From positions 11,892 to 75,891 of IMG/VR virus record IMGVR_UViG_3300032307_000117: 64,000 nucleotides of DNA. One strand, 5' to 3'. Position numbers and translations under genes: made by a program. Shown piece by piece: positions 9,521 to 20,700 of this stretch. The notes beneath the pieces were generated by a model. It did no database searches. It was not told the DNA's origin and saw only the letters and a list, made by a program, of their open reading frames with translations. The stretch comes from a virus. How positions within the stretch are numbered: position 1 is the first letter of the stretch; the number at the start of each line of letters is the position of its first letter.

Positions 9521-12500
9521 CTAAACTACCTCACTTAAGTATGCCGTTATTTCTGGCCCTGATCCATTATTTGAATACTCTATATTGTATACCACAAACT
9601 TAGATTCTGGAGATAAAACCTGGTCTACGTTTGCATCCGACTTGTAATTAATATTTACAATATCTCCTAGCTGAAGTGTAGACGCACCAAATAGCCTAAT
9701 TCCAACGGCCATCCTTGGCTTCATGATTTTTGATATTATCCATCCCATCAAATCGTTAGCGTCATCCTGGGTTTGAATGTATGGAGTGTCAAGCGTGAAC
9801 TCTCTCTTGCCATATGTAATTCTGCTATTTTTTATGTCCTGGTATTCTTTCTTTTCTTTAATTGGAGAGATGACCAGGTTTGAGCCAACGGTTTGTGGAT
9901 TTGAAAAATCTCCACGCTTAGAGAAGTAGTCGTCTACTGTAAGCTCCTGTGGCGAAGACTGGGTAAAGGTAATGCCCTGAATTCTTAAGTAATTTCCAGT
10001 AGTCTCATCTAGGCTAATAGCAGTATCAGTAGAGTTAAAGATTAAGAACTCTGCACCATACGCACCAGGAATATAGCCAGATACTGTATATCCCTTTATG
10101 GAATTAAAAGTTGGTGAAATCTTTGAGTATAGAGCTGGATACGCCTTGTCATACTTTACGTTAAGGTATGAAGCTTCCCTCATAATAGTGCCAAACTCTT
10201 CAAAATACATATTGTATCTTGGCGGTTCGAGTGGGCTAATGCCAGAAAGATATGTTGACTGAATCATTCCACTCATAGCGTATTTTCTAAATGCTTCGTT
10301 TAAGTCTATCTCTGGATCTTGGAATGCAGAGTTAACTGGTGTATTTATAGATGCCCCAGTATTTTGACTATAGTTATTTGCAAGAGCATAAAGGTTTTCA
10401 AACATTACCCTGGATGATCCACGTACAAATAATCCCATGTTGTTGTAAACTGGTAGGGGATTTTCATCATCTACTGTGGCTACAAGCTTATTGTTGATGT
10501 ATAGGAAGAATCTTCTCTTTGTGCCTATGTTTTGATACTCTACTGCTAAATCGTAGACGGTTGGATTCTCTTCTCCAGTCATACGATACTGGCCAGTAAA
10601 AATTCCATTGTCTACAATTATCTTAGATAGTCCAGACCAAAGTTTAATCGGTAGGGCCTTATCGTCTCTCGTAAGCTCCCACTTGTAGTTTATCACTTCG
10701 TCAGTTTCTGGATCTGTGTAGCTTCCACCAATATTAGTAACAAGGTAGTAGCCATTTTGCTCTGTATTTGGAGCCTGATCCTCAACTAAAACCCTGTCTC
10801 CTATTTGTGCAGTATTTCCATTTATTATGAGCTCTTGTCCTGGAACCTTGCTTGTTAGGGTATTTACTTCATAAATTCCATCGATAGCAAATCCGCCAGT
10901 GTCATAGGTAAACGAAACATTTTCTTTTACTTTATAAAACACAATATTAAATATATCTGAAGTAGAAGAGTATGACTCTACGTTGTTTTCTGTTAGGGCA
11001 GCAATTTCAAAGTAGTAGCCAACATTTGTTTCTGGATTAACCATGACAGCTAGCCCGCCAGAAGCACCGCTAATATTTATATTTTGGTCTGGTGTATTAT
11101 TTGCAGATGATGTCTGACCATTATTGTTCTGGCTTTCTAGTGATTCCGATATACCGCCAGTTGCTGTGTAGTATGTTGTACTTCCAATAGGTGTCTGGCC
11201 ACGCACCCTGCTGTTTTCAATTTTACCAATAATGCGCATTCTTGTTCCAAAATGCCTAAATGATTTATTTAACGGCTTAAAAACATAAGAGATAAAGTCG
11301 ACTGGCTTTTCAGTTGTTGCAAAGGTTGGACCATTCATTACCAAGGCTGATGACTGAACTGTTCCACTTTGAGTAGAGTAAAGACTTGCTACATCTGACT
11401 CTTTAGAGAAGGAGTTGCTAAAGAAGTTTTTTATGATTCCGTTTCTTGTTGTCTTTTCTGCAAGAGTGTTGTTGACTCCAGCGTGACCAATATCGGATTC
11501 AAGCGCATCTGTGCCAGAGACTAGGTAGTTAAAGTCCATAGTGCAGCCACGAATATTTTGATTGCTTGACCAGTAGTTATCTAGTCCAGCTTTGTGAGCT
11601 ACTAGGTCGGTGCCAAACTGTTTTCTACCGTGCTTTGCAACAGGTCCATTTTGCAACCTAGTAATTCCGTTTATTATCTCATAGTTTGGCTCTGAGTAAA
11701 TTCTTACCAGTCCTGTTGGGTATATCTTTCCGTTAAACGGAATCTTTGAAAAGTAGTTCTGGTATTCTTGAGTGCTAGAAATCCAGACGTTATTCTCTAA
11801 CTGATTTGTTTCTGGATTAAATATTCCAGCTCCTGGTACGCTATATTGCACAGCATCATACCTTATAATTTCTCCATTAGCATAGAAGTAGCCGTTATAG
11901 CGTGTTATCCAATACACACCTTCTCCCAGATCCATAACGTTGTTGACCACTCTGTGATTTACAACCTGTGGCAAATCTGCAGCAAGATCTGAGTTAAGTG
12001 GTATTGCAGCTAAAACGTATGATGACTGATTGCTTGCCTCCTCATTGATTGATTTGGTGGCTTCTGTTCCGCTAATTTCCCAGAGTAGCGCTGGCTTATA
12101 AATCCAGGTTTTGTCTCTGTCAATCATGCTTGCTTGTTTTATTGAACTATATGACCTTTGAATGTATCTGGATGTATAGGTTATCTTTCCATCATTGTAT
12201 ACCAAATTTGGCTGGAATGAAATATCTTCAATGTTGGCAAGAGATGTGTTAGTTGCTTTATTCTTATATGCGCCCTCAGATATGCTGTCTTTAGATCCAT
12301 ATAGCGTCATATCGATTTCACGCTGGCCCTCGGATGGCAGAATGTATTCTTTGCTCATCATAACAAAATTGTTGTATTCGTCAAAGAACATGGCTGTCTG
12401 TGTTGATACCGCAATATTTTCTAATGCCTGTGCTATAGAGGTGTCTGGGCCAACGAAAAAGTATGGGATTACGACCTCTGTGTCTTCTTCGTTTCTTTTA

Positions 12501-14158
12501 AATACATAATTTGAAAATCCAATAGAATCTAGCAATAGAGCAACGGCATAGCTAACAGACGCATTTTGAATTAGTATTTCTGGAGCAGTTATTGATTCAA
12601 AATAGAATAGAAGATCCCTAAGCTCTAGGTCAACTTGCCTATCTAGTGAATTAGTTTCTGGAAATCCATCTGCGTATAAAACCTTTATAGGAATAAAAAA
12701 GTCTTCTGTTTTGCCTGGCGAAACCTCCACGTCTTTAACTACTTCAAATAGTTTGATTTGTAGGTTTTGGCCAGAATATTTAGAGATAATACTGTTAGTA
12801 TTATTTTTATTAAATGCCTGGTCATAGTCAAAGATACTCAACCTTCCAGTAGCTGCCAATAATTGTCCGACTGGCATTCCGCTTAGACCTAGGTCTGATG
12901 CTGGCTTGGTAGCAGAAAACGATATAGTCCTATCTGATAGATCGGCAGTTAGTCTCGGAGACATTTCTATTAGGTCTAGGGTAGAGTCGTACACATTCAT
13001 GGTGTCTACTACAATTCTGATGCCCTGAATATATTCGAACTCTCTATATTTCTTTTCTGTGCTTGTGCCAGTAATATATTCTGGTGGCGATACAAACTGT
13101 TTGACTGTGGCAGTCCTACTGTCAATTTCATCTTGTGATAAATACCAGCCATAGCTTGGTACGAATGTCTCGTATTCAGACCCCATCCAAACATGATAGG
13201 TTCCTAAGCTAGAAGCTGTAGCTCCAACCAGATAGGCGTCTCCAACTGAAGATGTCTGTGGCAGCAAAATTTCTGAAGCAACTTCACCAGCATATCTTAA
13301 TATGGTTTTGTATTTATCTGGAATGTTTAATCCATAGGATATTTCCACATAGCCATCAATGCCAACTATTGGCTGACCGTTTATTCTAGACGAGTTCTCG
13401 TCAAAGGAAATTGCGTCTGTCCAAATATTATTATTAAGATACTGAATCTTCCATCTTTTTGGAGTTCTCTGATTGTTAAATCCAAAAAATGGGTCCTCAA
13501 AAGATTGGAAAGAATTGCCAAATGGGCCGAGATCAACTGAACCAACGCCAGTCTGCATTTTTACAACAATTCTGTTTACTGGGATTTGCTCTTTATAGAC
13601 TATATATGGTGCGGCATCGCTAATGTAAAACTGATTATTTACTTTCTTATTGGCAATTCCAAACTCCTGGCCACCCTCAGTTCTGTATGAAGTCCAGTAT
13701 TTAAACTTATCATCTTTGCTAGCCATATAAAATCTTGGTCTTTTTACAAGATCTATGTTTGAGTGGTGAGAAAACTGTGTGTCAAAGTAACGCAGCTTAT
13801 TGATTCCAGATCTTGGCCTAAACCTATTGAAGCAATCTTCTAATGAATAAAGAAGCTTTTCTTTTTCTTTTGGAGATATGAATGGGGCTGGAGGTACATT
13901 GTCGTTACCCATACCGCCGTCAATAACAATGTCTGCATCTGTAGCGCCAGTATAAAAATTACCCTCGTCATTTTCATCAAAGTTATTAGGGATTGTTCGA
14001 TAAACTGATGACACTGGGTCTGTTGGCCTATAGCGATAGTTTCCCAACCTAAAAATATTTTCTGCAATATTCAGGTTCCATTCTGCTATGACTGCAGACT
14101 CTACCTTTATTGTTGAAGATGTTTCTAGGTGATTTTGTAAGTTGACATCTTTAAACAT
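9521..14158 (-). CDS. Large baseplate hub/central tail protein
   Basis: 1545 aa, second gene after the TMP; C-terminal TPYIQ...LQLGDIVNI hub signature. Confidence 0.75.
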   Translation of the reverse strand: MFKDVNLQNHLETSSTIKVESAVIAEWNLNIAENIFRLGNYRYRPTDPVSSVYRTIPNNFDENDEGNFYTGATDADIVIDGGMGNDNVPPAPFISPKEKEKLLYSLEDCFNRFRPRSGINKLRYFDTQFSHHSNIDLVKRPRFYMASKDDKFKYWTSYRTEGGQEFGIANKKVNNQFYISDAAPYIVYKEQIPVNRIVVKMQTGVGSVDLGPFGNSFQSFEDPFFGFNNQRTPKRWKIQYLNNNIWTDAISFDENSSRINGQPIVGIDGYVEISYGLNIPDKYKTILRYAGEVASEILLPQTSSVGDAYLVGATASSLGTYHVWMGSEYETFVPSYGWYLSQDEIDSRTATVKQFVSPPEYITGTSTEKKYREFEYIQGIRIVVDTMNVYDSTLDLIEMSPRLTADLSDRTISFSATKPASDLGLSGMPVGQLLAATGRLSIFDYDQAFNKNNTNSIISKYSGQNLQIKLFEVVKDVEVSPGKTEDFFIPIKVLYADGFPETNSLDRQVDLELRDLLFYFESITAPEILIQNASVSYAVALLLDSIGFSNYVFKRNEEDTEVVIPYFFVGPDTSIAQALENIAVSTQTAMFFDEYNNFVMMSKEYILPSEGQREIDMTLYGSKDSISEGAYKNKATNTSLANIEDISFQPNLVYNDGKITYTSRYIQRSYSSIKQASMIDRDKTWIYKPALLWEISGTEATKSINEEASNQSSYVLAAIPLNSDLAADLPQVVNHRVVNNVMDLGEGVYWITRYNGYFYANGEIIRYDAVQYSVPGAGIFNPETNQLENNVWISSTQEYQNYFSKIPFNGKIYPTGLVRIYSEPNYEIINGITRLQNGPVAKHGRKQFGTDLVAHKAGLDNYWSSNQNIRGCTMDFNYLVSGTDALESDIGHAGVNNTLAEKTTRNGIIKNFFSNSFSKESDVASLYSTQSGTVQSSALVMNGPTFATTEKPVDFISYVFKPLNKSFRHFGTRMRIIGKIENSRVRGQTPIGSTTYYTATGGISESLESQNNNGQTSSANNTPDQNINISGASGGLAVMVNPETNVGYYFEIAALTENNVESYSSTSDIFNIVFYKVKENVSFTYDTGGFAIDGIYEVNTLTSKVPGQELIINGNTAQIGDRVLVEDQAPNTEQNGYYLVTNIGGSYTDPETDEVINYKWELTRDDKALPIKLWSGLSKIIVDNGIFTGQYRMTGEENPTVYDLAVEYQNIGTKRRFFLYINNKLVATVDDENPLPVYNNMGLFVRGSSRVMFENLYALANNYSQNTGASINTPVNSAFQDPEIDLNEAFRKYAMSGMIQSTYLSGISPLEPPRYNMYFEEFGTIMREASYLNVKYDKAYPALYSKISPTFNSIKGYTVSGYIPGAYGAEFLIFNSTDTAISLDETTGNYLRIQGITFTQSSPQELTVDDYFSKRGDFSNPQTVGSNLVISPIKEKKEYQDIKNSRITYGKREFTLDTPYIQTQDDANDLMGWIISKIMKPRMAVGIRLFGASTLQLGDIVNINYKSDANVDQVLSPESKFVVYNIEYSNNGSGPEITAYLSEVV

Positions 14159-14796
14159 TATACCTCTTCCAGGCTAAGAGATATGTTCCAAAAGTCATAG
14201 TTGCTGCCACCACGCTTAACAACCCCGTAAGAAAAGTCTGAAAAGAATACTTCGACAACTTCATTGTATTTCTGCAGGTTTGTGTATGAACCAGCATCTC
14301 TACCAAAATTTGTGTGCTTGTCGTATGCAAGGTATACCCAGAAAGATCCACTGTGTTTTTCGTACCAGTCTAGAATCTCTACTCCACCAGCACCACCATC
14401 TGAAGTAAATTCCTGAGTGTTGTTCTTGTAGTATTGAGATCTTCCCTCTTCATCAAATCCAGGATATGATGTGTACGATCTTGATGGCAACATATCCCAA
14501 GAAGCAGAAATCTCTAGCTTGTCAGCAATATGATAGGACCTCATCCTACCATTTACCATTCGTTTCCTGTTTTCAATTCTGTTTACGTTAAAGCCAAGCT
14601 CTGCCCTATTGTCGTCTGAAAGGATTAAGAATTGATCTAGATCTGATGCAGATGCACCCTCTGTTGTTTCTTGGTTAACCTCAAGACCGTTTGGCACATA
14701 GAAACCATCAATAATCGTTCCTGGATTGTCTGCAAATAGCAAGGCCTGTGGACGCTGATATCTTTTTCTACCAGACATGTATTCAAGGGTGGACAT
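14158..14796 (-). CDS. Distal tail (Dit-like) protein
   Basis: Directly after the TMP; RMVNGRMRSY and WNISLSLEEV. Confidence 0.7.
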   Translation of the reverse strand: MSTLEYMSGRKRYQRPQALLFADNPGTIIDGFYVPNGLEVNQETTEGASASDLDQFLILSDDNRAELGFNVNRIENRKRMVNGRMRSYHIADKLEISASWDMLPSRSYTSYPGFDEEGRSQYYKNNTQEFTSDGGAGGVEILDWYEKHSGSFWVYLAYDKHTNFGRDAGSYTNLQKYNEVVEVFFSDFSYGVVKRGGSNYDFWNISLSLEEV

Positions 14797-17700
14797 TAGA
14801 ACCTATTACCCCTGATTCTCTGAGAGTCAATTCTCTTAATCTGTGTCATTACATTCCTTGCAATTTGGTCTGCGTTAGCATCTGTTTGTACGTTTACGTT
14901 GATACTATAATTATACACTGATTCGCCAGAATATGTTCCGTTATTTATTGCCTTCATATTATCTAGGCCAAAGTTCTCAACAGCATACTTTCTCATTACA
15001 AATTCGCCAGGTGTTAGCATTGCTGGGACAATGTCGGTTCCGCCCTTGGCAAACTTTACGTTGGCTAGGCCTCCACCCGCAAACATCTTGGCAACATAGC
15101 CACCCTGGTTAAACTTAGCTGCATTAACCTTGCCAACATTAGAAATCTTATTCCACTTCTTGCCATCCCACTTCCAGGTTGCATTTGGACCAACCCAAAC
15201 CTCACCCTTCTTTTTCCCATCGTGATCTGGGCCTGGCCTTGTACCCTTAAATTCGGCATTTGGCTGGCCTGCAACTGGAGCCTGAGCCCCAGTGCCCTGA
15301 CTTACCAGAGGAACGTCAACCTGCGTTTCTCCTGGAGTAGCATTTTTCCATGCAGTCTTTAAGCTTTCTACCATTGCGATTGCATTAGAAATTGATTCAG
15401 TATAGCGAGTACTTCCAATTCTAGAGTTCTCTATTTCGGATTCGATTTGTTGCCAAGCTAGTCTAGTCTTATCCAAAACAGTTACGGAATCTATAAGGGC
15501 TTGTTTCTCGATGTCTGCTAATCTAATTCTTTCTTGTGCTGGCTCCAGCCTCTTTTCCTCTATAGCAAAGATTTCATCTTGCAACTTTTTAATCTCATCT
15601 TCTAGCTGCTTTCTAGTTTTGCCATTAGAAGATACTAGGGTCGCTAGCTCTTTCTCCTTTGAAAGCTCTAGGGCCTTTTGCTGAGCGTCTATGCTTGTTT
15701 GAGCCTGAGTAGCACGAAGATCTTGGGCTGCCTTTGCAGCTGCAGCAATATCTCCTCTAGATAGTGCATCTGCTACGGTAAGCTGAGCTTTTTGCTGAGC
15801 TACTAGGTCTGAGTTTATTTCTTTTATCTCACTCAGGGCCTTGCTACGGTCAGCGTACTTCTTGTTAACCACATCTTCCTGGTCTGCAATTTCCTTTATT
15901 CCAGCCTGAAGGTCATCAATTGTAAACGATATCTTATCGATATCATTCTGTGCAGCATCAATAATCTTTAGATCTGGCTGAGTCTTTACTTCAAAGTCTA
16001 GCTCTATCTTTCTTTCTTTTACTGAGATTGCATTCATTGCAGCATTAAAGCCTTCGTCAAACAGACCCTGTAAGAACTCTGGATTAAGGATTTGCTTTAC
16101 TCTAGCCTGAAGAAGCTTTTGATTTTTACCGCTCAGGAATAGCTCTGTGAGTGCTGAGTCGCTAAGAATTGCCTGTCTTTCTGCAAAGCTGTAAGAGCTC
16201 TTTTCAAGAGCGTTAGCAGCCTTAGCCAAGTTGTTTGCATCTTGTGCGGCTATCTGAACTGAGGCTACATTTTGGAATTCTTTTGTTGCAGCAGTTGCAG
16301 CCTTAGTATCTGCAATTAGCTTAGTAAGTGCAGATTCACTTATCTGCTTTCCAGCAAGCGCAGCTGCTACTCCAGCATTTTCAACAGCGTTGTAGGCCTC
16401 TTCTAGAGATAATCCTGCAGCTACTAGCCTGTTTACTGCAACAGTCTGGTCTTTTGTCTCTTGAATGGTTCTAGCCTGATTTAGCCCAAATTCACCAACT
16501 GCAATTCTAGCATAAGCGGCCTCTCTTCTCTTACCAGCCTTAGTAAGAATTGCTGTTCCATCTTTTCCTATTTGAACAAATTTCTTTCTAGCATCTTTGC
16601 CCATGCCCATAAGCTCATCAGCAAATGCTTCTGAAATGCCAGCTTTTGCAAGTTTTTGTCCAAGTCCGTCGAACACGTTTAGCTTAGTTCCATCGATTAC
16701 ACGCTTTAGCTCTTTTAGTCCACCGTTTGCATTAATTGATGCATTAGTTAGGTTCTTTAGCTTTTTAAGTGTGTCATCAATCCAGGTTGTCTTTTTAGCT
16801 CCTGCACCAGTAGTTGTTGTCTCTCCCTCAGTGTTGGTTCCAGTACCACCATCAGTTTCAGATGGTTGACCAAGGAATGCAGCCATCCGCTGTTCTGCAG
16901 TAATTCTAGACATTGCAGTTTCGCTTCTGATGTTTTTACCTGGGCCAACCGTGTAGTACCAAGCGTCAACGGCTGTCTGGTTGTATTTTCCAATTGCAAA
17001 GTCAACAATTAACTCTGCATTCATTGTTTTCTTTCCACCAGACAAGACATCCCAATTTGCAAGAACTGATTCCAGGATTCCCTTTGATGGACCAGCTGGC
17101 ATCGTAGATATGAAGTTTGTCAAGACTGTCTGAGTTACTTCCTTTGGAAGACCCTTTGTGTCCTTTACTAGATTTCCGATAACTTCAGTGTTTTCGGCAG
17201 TTATTTCAACGCCTATACCATATTCACTCTGCATGCTGTTTAGTTCAGCAAGTGCCTTTAGGTTATAGTCTATGTCTGCTTTATCTTTAGTAACAAGGCT
17301 AAAGACGGCCTCGTACTCTTTACCTTCAACCCCTGCGGCATTTAGTAATTGAATTACCTGGTTTGAATCTGCAGTTCCAACTGCTTTTACCATTAGATTA
17401 AACTTAGAGCTGATATTGCCGTTAGATTCTTTATTAGCATTAATGAGGTTTGAAATAGTGACTGGATCAAATTCGCCGCTTGCCAAACCTATCTGAAGCG
17501 TTGTCTTAAAGTCTCCCTGCTCCAACCCAGCCAGCGAACTCTTCGCTAGATCAGCAGCTGCCTTCATGGCTCCAGTTGCATTTGCAAATCTTGAATCAAT
17601 CGCCAAGTTTATTGAGTCTGTGAAGCCAGATCCCATTATTCTTGCTTGCTCTACTAGAGAATCAAATACCGCTGCATTTGCTGCTTTTTGTTTTGCCAGC

Positions 17701-20700
17701 CCAGCATTTCTTTCAGCAATCTTATCGCTAATCTGCTTCTCTATGGCAAGTCTTTCTTTTCTAGTTGTTGCAGCTTCTTTTTCTGCCTCAAGCTGGGATA
17801 TCTGACCGTCGTACTGTCTTTCTAGAGAATCTAGCAATCCCTGGTTTTGTGCAATTTGTTCTGCACCAAGCTGTACGGCTACGCCACGAGCCTTGTTGTT
17901 TTCTTCCTGATCTCCGAGTGCCTCTACTCCTAGGGTTGCACCAGCTGCAGCAACACCTCCAGAAATAAGTCCGATACCAAGAAGACCACCAATACCAGTT
18001 GCAGTTAGGGCTGCCCCAACGGCTGTCATAATTCCAGCACCGATTAGGTTGCCTACAGAACCACCAGATACCTCGGCATTCTTTTTCATTAATTCTATTG
18101 AGTTGTCAAAAGCCTTGTTTTGCTGTGCAAGAGAATCTTTTTGGATTGCCAAAGAAATTTCTATTGGATCTCCATTAAGAAGGTTCTCTCCGTTTGGACC
18201 AAAAAGCTGTGTTAACTTTCCACCGATGTTTGCGCTTATAGAATAGTCTCCGAGTTTTTCTGAAAGCCCAAACGCAATACTTCTAGCCTGTTGGTCAGTT
18301 ATTGCACCCTGCATTATTGCATAAGAAAGTTGGCTAGCAATGCTTGAGGCAACTTCTGCACTGCTCATTCCAGATGTTGTCATTGCCTCTGCATCGGAAA
18401 GCAGCTTCTTTCCAGCCTGAGATTCTAAGAAGTTTTGTCCGAACTCTCTCTTCTTTGCACCTTGACCACTTAGCTGTTTTTCTCTTTGTCTTTCGGCAAT
18501 TTGACTTGCTGTTACTTTTCCAGTAATCTCAGACATTTCGTTAAGCTTTTCGCTTGTCATTGCCATAGACTTACCAGCCTCTAGCCCAGCCTTAGTGGCA
18601 TCTGATAGCTTAGTGGTTAGATAAATAATTCCTGCAGCTAAAGCCCCAACTGCAACTAGTGCCAAACCTATTTTATTTGCAATCATAGGAAGCATCATTA
18701 ATGGTAGCGAGGCCATTCCAGCTAAGTCTGACGCTGGGCCTCCAGTCATGCTGTACATCATAGCAGCGGTACCAGCAAGCATGCCAACTCCGCCTACACG
18801 ACCAGCCATAGATCTCTTTCCTGCTGTGGCTGGTTCTGTTGGATCAAGATCGGCTGGGGCCGTTCCAGTTCCTGGAGCTCTAACTCCAGTAGCTGCTGCA
18901 ATTGCTCTTCTAGCTGCATCGCCAAAGCCCTGCTTTAGATTGCCAGCAAGACCTCTTGATGACTTTTGGGTAAGCTCAACCTGAACTGGCTCAGCTGTAT
19001 TTGGTAGCGTACCTCCAGGTGCCGTCTTTCCTTTTACGTATCCAGGTACGTTATCGGCAATCATAGAATTAATTAGTGGTGCATACTTCTTTGACATTTG
19101 AGCTGGTATTACAGCTTCTCCTGGAGAAAGCATTGCTGGAACGATGTCCCCAGCACCCTTTGGGCCTGGAACAGACACTACGCCCTTATTAAAGGCAAAG
19201 CCTCTTCTTCTAAAGAATGCCTTAAAGAAATTAGTATTTGGAGACTTAGCATATTCAAGGTTTTCTTTAGATCCTGGGAACTGCTTAGCCAGTGGCCTCA
19301 TTGGTATCCCAATTGGCTTTCTTTCCAGCCCCTTGCTCTTAAAGCCAGGAAGGTCTTTGTTTCTTATTTCGGCTGGTGAAGTTTGTGATCTTTTAAAGAT
19401 GTACTGTAAATCTTTAGTTCCTGCTGGCAAACGCTTTTTGGCTAAGTCATAAATTCTTTCCATACTTATGGCTTTGACACCTTTACTTTCTAAGTATCTG
19501 GCTGATGCTTCAGAATCTACTACCTTTGTTCCTTGCGGAAGATCGTCTAAAATTTTAGTGATGGTGTCATCAAACATCTTCGTCTGAGGAGCTAAAGCAG
19601 CTGGGTCTCCTCCGCCAAAAATAATAGAGCGATCCCATTTAGAAATGCCAGATCTTCTGAATTCTCTAAGTAATGCATCCTTGTCTGCTCCCTTTGCATA
19701 CTTAATTGACCCATCTGAATTTTGCCCTTCTGCCATTTGAGCATTTAGTCTTACTAGCTTTCCATCTGGCCCTATTTCTTTGTTTTCTATGTCAAAACCA
19801 AAGCCACTCTTTAGGTCTAACATTGTAGCATTTGGATCGGCAACTGTTTGCAAAGCTCTTTTTTGACTAGGAGAAAGCTTAAGTATTCCCTGATCAGATA
19901 GCCTTAATGCTTCTGCAGCAGATATTTTTGTTCCAGATCCGATATGAGCAAATTCTTTTTTAATTGAAAAAGCTTGTATGCCCATAGCTTCTCTGAAAGA
20001 TTTCTTTAAGACTCCTGATCCTAGCTTAGTTCCACTCTGGTTTGCAGTTAAAATTAATGAGTCTATGGCTCTAAGAGTTTTTTGAGCACCTAGCTGTGTT
20101 TTTGATTCATTTGCAGCATCGCTCATTATAGATGCAGCATCTTGGCTACCGATATTTGCCTGTGCTAATTTTGCAAGAATTTGTCTACCAATGTCAGCAG
20201 ATCCTGCAGCATCAAACATGGCTAAGCTTGTTGGGACAGTTCTATAGCTTCTGCCACCACTATAGGTGTATCCTAGAAGCTCAGAATATTTCTTTTGCTG
20301 GGAGCCAGTTAGGTTAAGATCACGGAATACCGCTCTATCTTGGTCAGTAAGGGCTAGTGCTGCACCTATCGTTCCACTCATCAATCCCTGGAAAAGTCCA
20401 GACTGAGAACCGCCTGGTACAGAGGCGATGCCCTTGCTATATCCTGGAACCCCAAGCTTTTTAAATAGCCTTGCTATAAAGCCAGGCCCTGTAACACGGA
20501 TTGAGCCAAGACCTGCAGATTTTAATTCTGACTTGATCTGCTTTGCCATTGCTGGATTGCTAGCAATTACCTTTTCAATTTCGGCAAATCCAAATCCACC
20601 AGGAGTATATGTTTCTACGTATGGAGATCTTGGATTAGTGGTGTACTGGTTCTTAGTTCCTGGAGTTAGGTTGCTGCCAAAGGGCATTCCCAGTCTTTCA

